NCBI GenBank assembly: GCA_012295275.1
Contig: CM022671.1
Coordinates: forward strand, 25,730,001-25,794,000
Origin: Chrysomallon squamiferum
Lineage: Eukaryota > Animalia > Mollusca
Direction: 5' to 3'
Length of the DNA: 64,000 bases
In this document: one piece after another, positions 1-13,200 of the stretch
Layout: every line of letters starts with the position of its first letter
Position numbering within the stretch: position 1 is the stretch's first letter
The notes under the pieces: generated by a model
Databases searched by the model: none
What the model saw: the letters and a program-made list of their open reading frames with translations, nothing else
What the model was told of the DNA's origin: nothing
Position numbers and translations under genes: made by a program

Positions 1-1698
<1,698 letters not shown>

Positions 1699-2319
1699 CA
1701 TATTTTGAATATGACAACACAGATGAAACATAAAATAAAAACTTTATTTGATTTAAATATAAATCAACCAAATCTATGAAGTTCTTTTCTCTGGTTGGAT
1801 GCACGCGGCTAATGACCCTTCGCCCCCCCCCCTCCCCTCTGCAAGCCACTGGTTGCCATAGATCTGCACGGCCTTGTAAATGCGATATACATATATAACT
1901 GTTTTAGCAGAAAAAAGACATTCACGTTACAGAAAACGTGATCGAACAGCTGAAAAGTGTAAGCAGAATGACTGAGAATCTAGTAGACAGATGATCCTAA
2001 AGAATTTTTTTTTTTTTATTATTATTTTTTTTTTTTTCCTGAATGCGGTATTCTGGAAAACATTCTAGATTTCACTAGAATATATATATATATTTCAGCA
2101 CGTGTGCATGTTCATGTGCTTGTGGAGCGATTTTATAATTTTATCTACGTGTGTCTGTCCATGGTGTTACGTGTGTGTGCGTGTTTCAATAAGTTGTTTC
2201 ATTCATTAATTTATTACAATTATTTCCTGGTTGGAATATACGTAACGTTAAAATAAAATAAATTCAATTAAAACTGTTCAAGCTTAGGCGGAATATCAGA
2301 GCTACCGACGACAGAAGAC

Positions 2320-2400
2320 TCCACGTGATCTGCCCACTCTTTCCGGGCAGTTTTCTATATAACCAAGAGCAGGAGCTGTAGCAGTTACTTTTCCGAGAAG
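2320..2400 (+). promoter_or_regulatory. Candidate Pol II core promoter (E-box, TATA, Inr)
   Basis: CACGTG at 2322-2327, TATATAA at 2356-2362, Inr-like TTACTTT with its A at 2387 (31 nt after the first T of the TATA box). Locally CpG-richer than the background. The paralog near 16883-16960 has TCTATAA. Motif evidence only. Confidence 0.35.
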
Positions 2401-2473
2401 AATCTTGTCTGAATTCATTTATCGAAGTCTTACGTGCAGCTTGACTAAAAACAGAAAAAATCAAACAGTCGTA

Positions 2474-2674
2474 ATGTCTGTCGTTCTTCCAACCCAGCTG
2501 ACTCTTGTTTTAACAGAGAACTACATGTCCTTCGTCAACGATGAGGAATTCGGTTTCACGAAAACATTCAACTGTCGTCCGATACCTGAGAAGTTTCTTG
2601 ACGACAGAACTGTTTTTTCAGACTTTGTGAGTCTACAACATGACTGTTCGTCTGAGAGGTTCTTCTGCTGCTAG
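2474..2674 (+). CDS. Orphan short ORF, 66 aa (MSVVLPTQLTLVLTENYMSFVNDEEFGF...ERFFCC), unknown function
   Basis: Follows the candidate promoter, is intact in both duplicates, and has AATAAA at 3047-3052. No family recognised. Confidence 0.25.
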   Translation: MSVVLPTQLTLVLTENYMSFVNDEEFGFTKTFNCRPIPEKFLDDRTVFSDFVSLQHDCSSERFFCC

Positions 2675-2901
2675 TTTTCACTTCATTCCGAAAACATGGC
2701 AAGAACATTTACAACATTGGCGGCTATGGATTGTCTTGGTATGTTAAAGAAAGAAAGGAAAACACAGGAAATGGAAGAAGAAAAAAGCAAAACTGTACCG
2801 AGCAGAGATGAACAATAGGCATGAAGATTGTTGTTAATTACATGCTTAGGTTCTGATTATTTTGACTTTTTCCAACACCAGTGTTTTGGTTGTTTTGTAT
2901 A

Positions 2902-2935
<34 letters not shown>

Positions 2936-3281
2936 ATATTATGTTAATTATTATAACTTTGACATTTTTACATTTTGATGGTAATTTTAACAGTAATCTT
3001 TAAAGTATACATGTAGATTACAATCGGTTTTCATTTGTTAATTTTCAATAAATTATTTGGTTACACTTCTGTTTTGTTTTCATTTGAGAAAAGTGAAATT
3101 TTGCCTTCTATTTTATAAGAAGCTCACGTGCTTAGATTTATGATTATATCGACTCAGCGTTATAATTCATAGATGTATGTCTGTGTTAATACGTTATTGT
3201 TCGCAGTCTCTTTTTGTGACAGCAGTCCGATTGCTGTAAACAACAGAGTTTGAAAGCTCAGGGCTTATTTTTATTTCTTAA

Positions 3282-4605
3282 CCCCCAAGTCGACGCGTCT
3301 GTGTTTGCGGTTGTTTGTGTCGTAGTCTGCAAAGACCCCATGAAACGTTTCAAAAAAAAAAAAAAAAAAAAAAAAAAAATTAAAATCAGGCCATATTATC
3401 AATGAAGAGCATATGTCTGATAATGGTTCCCATGAATAAACAATACTTTTTTTTTCCTAACCTAATGAACTCATATAACACAACAGCAACACTATTGTCT
3501 AAAATACGAAGATTGATGAAACGTTCTCAGTCACAAAACACTGTATGTTCTTCCGGAGTACCTCCGGCGACAACAGTGGAAATTGTTTCATGGTCTGATG
3601 GTTTTGTTTGCAGCACGTAAAAGCCAGACAAATCAAACAATCTATTCACACACAATTTTCTAGATGGGTTAGCTTAACACAATGATAGGCCTGTTCCTAC
3701 TCGCAGTCAGTGAATGTAACAGAGGCTGAGCTATGCTCCTTGCAAACGTTTTTGCCACACAGTCTGCAGATCATCTGTGATTTTCTGTCCTGATTTCTGG
3801 GACACATGAAGCACCTTCTCTTTTTAGGTGGTCCTTCAGGGTTTACCCGATCCCTTTTCACAATACTGTACTCCAAGGCAATAAGAGTAAGCTCGGCTCC
3901 TTTGTGGATGGCTCTGATTCAGTCAACCTCGCATCTCTGTGGTCTCGAGTCAGCTGATTCCCACGTTCTGCCAGGAAGTCTGGTAGTCTGGAAATGTTAC
4001 TGCTACTGCTGCTACATCTAACACGTTGAAGAAAACACACACTGGCCATCGCATGATCTTCCGTCTACATGTATAAAGTGTAACCAAGTGGTCCAGGTTA
4101 TCTACTCCTCCCTTCGTAGAGTTGTAGCAGAGAATAAATTTTTCCCCAGGTTGTCTTCTGCGGGGATGCTCGTATCATGATGATGACTGGTCAGACAGGT
4201 GACACTTTTGTTCTGTTCTATTCTCACTTAAAACATCATAATTTGTTAATTTTATGTCATATATCTTGACACCATGGTCTATAGATGATACTGGAGCAAA
4301 GGTTTCTATTTTTACTTAGCTGATTTTCTGTGGAAAAAGTTCATCAGTATGATCTAGTTGACTTCTGTATGATCAGAGTGGCCTCTTTTTAAAATTCCCA
4401 ATAGATGGAGTAACTTCAACTTCTTCTAGAAAACAGTAAACTCTGGGGTCTGGGTAGAACGTGTTTTTTTGGCTTTTAGGCCAAATTTACGTAGAATGAG
4501 TCACGAGATCCACAGTCATGACAGTGACCAAAGAGGGGGCATGGGCAGGCAGAGAACAGTTCACGTTTCCGAGTTTTCTACAGACATTTCTGTGTGGCTT
4601 AAGGG
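3282..4605 (-). mobile_element. Decayed, internally deleted piggyBac DNA transposon, copy 1
   Basis: TTAA at 3278-3281 followed by CCCCCAAGTC, and GGCTTAAGGG followed by TTAA at 4606-4609 (imperfect CCCnnAAGnC termini). Contains transposase remnants on the minus strand. Confidence 0.8.
3697..4220 (-). pseudogene. piggyBac transposase C-terminal remnant (frameshifted)
   Basis: Manual translation: NKSVTCLTSHHHDTSIP.., CYNSTKGGVDNLDHLVTLYTCRRKIMRWPVCVFFNVLDVAA (third catalytic Asp motif YNxTKGGVDxxD..RWP), ..FLAERGNQL.., and the Cys-rich tail KKRRCFMCPRNQDRKSQMICRLCGKNVCKEH..CE* (TAG at 3699-3697). Confidence 0.9.
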
Positions 4606-4700
4606 TTAACTGTATATTTGAAATCTTTGATTTTAAGGGGGTTATTCCTAATTGCTTTAATTTTTAAGAAACCGTAAAATTGTTTTTATTTTACTGAAAA

Positions 4701-4703
<3 letters not shown>

Positions 4704-4780
<77 letters not shown>
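4704..4780. repeat. (CA)n microsatellite; paralog at about 19714-19776
   Basis: Seen directly. Confidence 0.95.
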
Positions 4781-4783
<3 letters not shown>

Positions 4784-4899
4784 TTGTCAGTACCAGGTTT
4801 CCCACAAAAGACAGGTACACGCAAAAATGACGAAGGACAAAGAATGGCGTGCTTCATGGGAAGCGATGATTACCCTCGGTTACTGAGCAACCTTTATTA

Positions 4900-5025
4900 A
4901 GACAGTCTTGATGGCCGGACGATAACGTCCTCGGAGTGCGGGCGACCGGGTGCGATACGTTCGAGTTTCGTGAGCGGCCTCTGATAGGGTTTGTGAGGTC
5001 GTGATTAGATTTGATCCTCCTGTGC
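4900..5025 (+). mobile_element. Possible degenerate tRNA-derived SINE head (CpG-rich patch); paralog at 19900-20025
   Basis: TGGCCGGACGAT (A-box-like) ... GGCGACCGGGT ... GTTCGAGT (B-box-like) in a GC-rich patch within very AT-rich DNA. No complete cloverleaf seen. Confidence 0.3.
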
Positions 5026-5708
5026 CAGTGCCTTCCCTATTATAATCAGATGTACATAAGTCAGAGAATATTCAAAATCCTGAAAAACATACATAGATAA
5101 CAATACGAATCTGGGAATCACCACTCTGCAGAATAGAGACAGAGAGAGAGAGAGATGCTGGATTATTCAGATAAGCTGACCTTTGAAGACAGAGTGATAT
5201 ACTAAGTAATAATTAAAACATTTTTAAAATAATATATTTGTATGCGTACGTAAATTAAAAATATATTAAAAACTGATATTGTTTCAAAATATGAAATTTG
5301 TTCTTAATACAGGCAGAACGTTGACTGGATTTAACCTATAAACAAACTTGTCTTAAAATTAGTTCGTCAAGAATTTAGATTCTTTTTCATACATCGGATT
5401 CTCAGTAGTCGTCTTATAAAATAGCATATTCAGTATATTTTATTTATTTATTTTTTAATTACTGTTAAATCACATATATCTTTGAGGACTGATAAGAAAC
5501 TCGCTACGTCTAGTTAGTCTTTTACTATTAGCAACAATATATATTTTGATTTGTAACCATAAAATATATAAATATACTGAATCTCATGCAATAGTGTAGA
5601 ATGGGATCCAAAAACCATTGGAGGCAATAAATTCGAAATCTCCTTGTGCCAGACAGCTCAAAACAGTTTCAAATTAAGGAGACACACACGCACGCACGCA
5701 CACACACA

Positions 5709-5809
<101 letters not shown>

Positions 5810-6766
5810 TAATAGGCAAAATACCCCGGTATTCCCAGGTCTATGTTGGCATTTTGCCCCGTCCTTAGAACATATAAATACGTTTTCTTGTAAAAGGCAA
5901 GAGAAAATTATTCATAAAATCAATCAACAATAGACATGATCCTTTCACGGGAAACGTCAGACATATTCGGTTTCATCTGATGTGGAGACGATGGATTAGC
6001 TAGATAAACAGAAATATGAATCTTACTGAAATCACGAAGAAAAACGCTCTGTTTGTCACCTTTTCTTCTGGACGTTGAAGGTAAATTTTGAAACAGAACT
6101 AATAAAATACGAATGCTCCATTCAGGTGGTTGACATTTGATCAGGACTAGCTTTCTCTTCCTGCTGTCAGTTTTTTTTTTTCTTTTTTTGTTGTTGTTGT
6201 TTTTTTGTTATTTTTATACTAGAAAGGCCGATTCAAAATGGTCACTATGGAAACAGGTTATGATCTAAATTGTCAACAGGTGGCCGACCGGTTTTTTTAC
6301 GGGTTTGATTTTACTACTAATATTCGTTATACCTCCCATTCCACAAGAGTGAGAACCGAAATATGATTATTTAAATGATTCAAAAGATAAATCGTTCTAA
6401 ATCAGTTCAAATATATAACCTTACAGATTCCAATTAATTCTTCTTAAAAAAGGAAAAACAAAAAAAAACAAAAAAAGAAGAAGAAGAAGAAAGAAAGAAA
6501 AGAAGGAAAGAAACAGGTTTGTTAAAAAAATTCTTGTTTTATTTGTCCATACAAGTGTGTAAAATGTTCGATAATCACTTACGTTTTACACTCATCTGAA
6601 CTGAAAGGTATGTACGTATCGTGTACGCATTTATAACTGTATCGAGTCCGTGTTGTAATTTTTAAACGTTTATAAACGTCACAGGTTTTCTCACTTCATA
6701 AATATATATCTGGTGTTAACAAGTTAATGTACACTGACAGAAAATCAAACAGGTTACCACGTATAT

Positions 6767-6798
<32 letters not shown>

Positions 6799-7086
6799 TC
6801 AATGTCGTGCACACAACAGCGTTTGAAAGCACAGTACTTGGTTTTAGTTTTTAACTGAATGTTGGACATTTTTTATTTTAAGTGGGTGATTCCAAATTTT
6901 GCTTAAATTTTTAGAAAAACCTAAAATTGTTTTTAATTTACCGAAACACACACACTCACACACGTGAAATTACTGAATCATGACTATATCGATTAAATCA
7001 ATTTTGCGACTGAACAATATTATTTATTAAAATTACCAATCCTTCTTCTTCTACGACTACAATTGTTGTTTAGTAGCAACATGAAA

Positions 7087-7149
<63 letters not shown>

Positions 7150-7519
7150 GGTTTTTTAAACGTATATAAAAAAAAATTTAGTAAAAAAAAAAACATTGTA
7201 TTTTATTAATGGTACTAATATTTAAAATGAACAGACGACTTTCTCAAACTGATACATTACAATTCAGAAATTCATTTTAAAATAAACCTCCAGATTCTAC
7301 AAAACGCTGTATTATGTTTTACAGGGGTTTTTTTCTTCTATATTTATTATGTGTGCAGATACCGCAGTGGTTTCAACTGTAGATAACATTAAGGACAGTA
7401 CTGGTGTATGCTGTTTTCTGATGTCGAGAGTATGTCAAGAGTATGCTGGCTTTTTAGAAATGTCTTTGCTGTATCACTTTAGAAAAAGTGTTACCATTGT
7501 GAAGACGGCATGCATTAAT

Positions 7520-7562
<43 letters not shown>

Positions 7563-9878
7563 GAAAAAAAAAGGATAATAAAAATCGTAATTGTATACAG
7601 TATTTTTTGTTTTACTGATTTTTTTTTTTTAAATTCTTTTTGTTCGTTTTATTTTACAATTCAGACAAAAAGCTTTCACAGATTGAGTCTATGTACGTTT
7701 CTAGTTAGCTTTTTTTTTTTTTAAGATACTGGATTTATAAGTAAGGGTTTGAATTTATCTTCAAGTTCGTACAGTAGTACAATTTAGTTGTTGTTTCTCC
7801 TATTCTTTTTTTTCTTATTCTTCTTCTTTTTTTTAAATTTTATTTTATTTATTTATTTTGCACAGACATTTGCAATTCAAAACTTACTTCTATTTATTAG
7901 AACAAAAGATGTAGGTAATCCTCAGATTAGACAATGGCCCTGAAAGTAGTGAAATTGACAAGGTTGTAAATATTGAACCCTTGGAAGGTTTGAAAGATTA
8001 CTGTTATTTCTTTAGTTGTATTGACATCAGGTCAGTAGTACCTTACAACATTTAGAACATAAAATCATTTAAGTCCAGCAGAAAAAAAAAAAAAAAAAAA
8101 AAAAAGAAAATAAAAGATTAAGATGTGGTATTTAGGCAGGAAATGTGCTCTGTTTTATTGCAATTAGGAATATTCTGGCCACCAAGGATAGAGTAAACAT
8201 TCTACCTTACCCTTCATAGTTTTCTCATTTCTTAAAAGAAATAATGTTTATAAAATGTGAATTGATTAGGTAAAGACAAGAAATAATTTAGGCAAATCAG
8301 GGATGTTCAATACACAAGAAAAAGATCATGAAATAAAACTACATAAACATCAATTCCCCCCCCCCCGAGTAAATACTTTAACAGGATATATAAAAATATA
8401 TCTCAGTCTCACCAGTTCCTGAAATTTAAGATTTACAAAATAAAAACCAACAAAACTTTCAAAATTTTCATTATGTTTTTTTTTTTTTTTTTAATTGTTT
8501 TATTTTATTGCAAATCAAGTTGTGTACAATGAAGAAAATCTAGACAATATACGCCTCTGAGCCATGACATAAGAAAACACTGGAGATCTAACAGTAACAC
8601 ACAGCTATTTCTTTGTAACAACATGCAACCAAGCAAACCACCTGCCAAAACCACCGACCACCTCGGTTCACAGGTATCGGTTCTGTTCCTTGAAAAAAAG
8701 TGTGTGCATATACATTGTTTTACATACTTGTTAAATTAAATTTTAAAATTAAATTATAGACAATAACATTTTAATATTTGACAATTGCTTATCATTTTGT
8801 AAACATATGTGAATGAATATTTAATACCTTTTTTTTTTCATTTTGATAAAAAAAAAAAAAAAAAAAAATTATCACACACTCACACACATGAACACTCACA
8901 ACACGCACACCCACACACAAATAAACCAAAAATCTACGGCTTTTTGAAAACCAATGCAAGTTAGAATTATATTTATAAATGTTTGTATTGAACAAACTGT
9001 TTATTGTGACAGGTGTTTGAAGCTGTGAAGCCAGTTGGTCGGTGAGTGCAGCAGGTGTAGGTGACAATAACAGACTCTTGTGGTTGTCCACTTTCAAATA
9101 CAACACAGCTCATTTGAAATCTGCTTCAACCATTCCTAAATCTAGAGCAACTTTTCAGATTGTTCATAATGATTAAAAATACACTTTTTACTTTTCTTTT
9201 TTCCCACATTTACAGCATAATTAAGAAAATAAAAAAAAAAAAAAAAAAAATGTTTAGATGAACATTCAACCATACGTTTTATTTACCCCAAATATTTTAG
9301 CTGTTTTAAAAAATATTAAAATTTTTGTACTCCTGCAATTTTTTTTTTTTTTTTTTTTATACAATCAGACGAAAGCATTTTTTTTTAAATTTTATTTTGA
9401 TATCTTGCTAGTCTGATGATCATAATTAACAAAGTAATTTTTGGAATTATCTAATTGTACATTTGAAATAAATTACCTCTCTACAGTCATTAACATACAT
9501 ATAGTAAAAGCAATGTTGCAAAATTATGCCTCAACATCAAAACACAAAGAAAGAAAAAAGAAAGACCCATTTTTTTTTAAATGTTTTTGTTTATACAATA
9601 TTACAATGTCCAGCACCTTCAGATATTAATAGTTATGTACAAAAAAAATAAAATAATAATCAGTGATCCAATCTAACTACACCTAACCATCTATCACATT
9701 CAAGCAAAAAATTATTTTTAAAAAAACATCTAGCTATGAGCTATGTCAAGCCTTCACTCAGTAACAACATCAGAAATCTGGCCCAACAGTCTTAAAAACA
9801 CTTTGAACTGTACTTGAAAACCTTGCATGGAAAGTTTCAGTCAAGGCAAATATATTTCTTGTGAGTGTTTTGTTTTTT

Positions 9879-9915
<37 letters not shown>

Positions 9916-10075
9916 GAAGAAGTATGGTACAAGATGCAGAGAAAATCCACCATACAGGATTTTCATAATATAATAATATTAATAATGATAATGTGTATAT
10001 ATATATATATTTATATTTATACTGCACAACATACATAATGACTGGAAATACATCAGAGGTAGCTTTTCACCTGTT

Positions 10076-10118
<43 letters not shown>

Positions 10119-10235
10119 TCTTGCCATCCTACACACCATCTGGTCTACATAGTGAAAAATATACATGGTGGAGTTATGGTTCAAAGAGTTAATTTAAAAA
10201 AAAATTAAAAAAATGTTACGTTACTAAATACTTAG

Positions 10236-13200
10236 GTGAACACATCTCACATAGGGGAGGCGACTCTAAATACCAGTGAACACATCTCACATAGGGAAAG
10301 TAACTCTAAATATAGAAGTGAACACTTCTCGCATAAGGGAGGCGATTATAAATATATCAGTGAACATATTTCGCATAAGCTTTTATTTATTTATTTTTTC
10401 TTCAGTCTGTCAGCATTCTCTGTTTTCTTTCTCAGTAATCAAATCAATTTAGTATGTAAATTCTTATCATGCTAATCAATGCAGTCCACATACGATTTTA
10501 TATTTTATTATGAATAAACTTTGAAAAGAATGCTGCATTTAAATAGTATCACGCTACATTCTGTTCAGTTAGTTCTTTTCTTTTTTTATTCATTTTTGTT
10601 CATTCTTTAAGTTGCTTCAATATTTTCTTTCTTTCTTTCCTTCTTTCTTTTCTTTCTATCCTTCATTCTTTGTTTTCGATCTTCCTTTCTTTCATTTCTT
10701 TCTGTCTTTTCCATCTTTTATCTCCTATCTTTCATTCCATCCTTCCTTCTTTATTCTACGTGCTACCATTTCTTTATTATTTATTTATGAAATACTTTGA
10801 TCAGTTTAAACACTCTTCTCTCACTGATTATTTAGTTGATCTTTTGTATTCGAGTTTTCTATCTTATTTTCTTAATACCGGTGAACACATCTCACATAAG
10901 AGAGGCCACTCTAAATATACCAGTGAACACATCTCACATAGGGGAGGTGACTCTAAATACCAGTGAACACATCTCACATATGGGAGGGAACTTTAAGTAT
11001 ACCAGTGAACACATCTCACATAAGGGAGGCCACTCCAAATATACCACTGAACACATCTCACATAAGGGAGGCAACTCTAAATATACCATTGAACACATCT
11101 CACATAGGGGAGGCGACTCAAAATACCAGTGAACACATCTCACATAGGGAAAGTAACTCTAAATATAGAAGTGAACACTTCTCGCATAAGGAAGGCGACT
11201 TTAAATATATCAGTGAACATATTTCGCATACGGTTTTATTTATTTATTTTTTCTTAAGTCAGTCGGTATTCTCTGTTTTCTTTCTCAGTAATCAAATGAA
11301 TTCAGTATGGAAATTCTTATCATACTAATCAATGCAGTCCACATACGATTTTATATTTTATTATGAATAAAAGTTAAAAGAATGCTGCATTTAAATAGTA
11401 CCACACTTCATTCTGTTAAGTTAGTTCTTTTCTTTTTTATTCATTTTTGTTCATTCTTTAAGCTGCTTCAATATTTTCTTCCTTTCTTTCTTTCCTTCTT
11501 TCTTTTCTTTCTATCCTTCATTCTTTCTTTTCGATCTTCCTTTCTTTCATTTCTTTCTATCTTTTCCATCTTTTATCTCCTATCTTTCATTCCATCCTTC
11601 CTTCTTTATTCTACGTGCTACCATTTCTTTATTATTTATTTATGAAATACTTTGATCAGTTTAAACACTCTTCTCTCACTGATTATTTACTTGAGCTTTT
11701 GTATTCGAGTTTTCTATCTTATTTTCTTAATACCGGTGAACACATCTCACATAAGGGAGGCCACTCTAAATATACCAGTGAACACATCTCACATAGGGGA
11801 GGTGACTCTAAATACCAGTGAACACATCTCACATAAGGGAGCCAACTCTAAATATACCAGTGAACACATCTCACATAGGGGAGGCGACTCAAAATACCAG
11901 TGAACACATCTCACATAGGGAAAGTAACTCTAAATATAGAAGTGAACACTTCTCGCATAAGGAAGGCGACTTTAAATATATCAGTGAACATATTTCGCAT
12001 ACGGTTTTATTTATTTATTTTTTCTTAAGTCAGTCGGTATTCTCTGTTTTCTTTCTCAGTAATCAAATGAATTCAGTATGGAAATTCTTATCATGCTAAT
12101 CAATGCAGTCCACATACGATTTTATATTTTATTATGAATAAACTTTGAAAAGAATGCTGCATTTAAATAGTACCACGCTACATTCTGTTAAGTTAGTTCT
12201 TTTCTTTTTTATTCATTTTTGTTCATTCTTTAAGCTGCTTCAATATTTTCTTCCTTTCTTTCTTTCCTTCTTTCTTTTCTTTCTATCCTTCATTCTTTCT
12301 TTTCGATCTTCCTTTCTTTCATTTCTTTCTATCTTTTCCATCTTTTATCTCCTATCTTTCATTCCATCCTTCCTTCTTTATTCTACGTGCTACCATTTCT
12401 TTATTATTTATTTATGAAATACTTTGATCAGTTTAAACACTCTGCTCTCACTGATTATTTAGTTGAGCTTTTGTATTCGAGTTTTCTATCTTATTTTCTT
12501 AATACCGGTGAACACATCTCACATAAGGGAGGCCAAATATACCAGTGAAAATATCTCACAGAATCAAAATACCAGAACACATCTCACATAAGGGAGGGTG
12601 ACTCTAAATATACCAGTGAACACATCTCACATAGGGGAACATCTTTGAAATATACCAGTGAACACATCTCACATAAGGGAGGCGACTCAAAATACCAGTG
12701 AACACATCTCACATAGGGAAAGTAACTCTAAATATAGAAGTGAACACTTCTCGCATAAGGGAGGCGACTCTAAATATATCAGTGAACATATTTCGCATAA
12801 GCTTTTATTTATTTTTTTTTTTCTTCAGTCAGTCGGTATTCTCTGTTTTCTTTCTCAGTAATCAAATGAATTCAGTATGGAAATTCTTATCCTGCTAATC
12901 AATGCAGTCCACATACGATTTTATATTTTATTATGAATAAAAGTTAAAAGAATGCTGCATTTAAATAGTACCACACTTCATTCTGTTAAGTTAGTTCTTT
13001 TCTTTTTTATTCATTTTTGTTCATTCTTTAAGCTGCTTCAATATTTTTTTCTTTCTTTCTTTCTTTTCTTTCTTTTTTCTTTTATCCTTCATTCTTTCTT
13101 TTCGATCTTCCTTTCTTTCATTTCTTTCTATCTTTTCCATCTTTTATCTCCTATCTTTCATTCCATCCTTCCTTCTTTTTTCTACGTGCTACCATTTCTT

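Noticed and set aside
1800-1860. C-run plus gcaagccactg resembling a CAGTGGC-type DNA transposon end
   Set aside because: No partner inverted repeat or target-site duplication found.
2041-2080. Heat-shock-element-like TTC/GAA cluster
   Set aside because: Only two pentamers are in register; the next TTC is offset by 2 nt.
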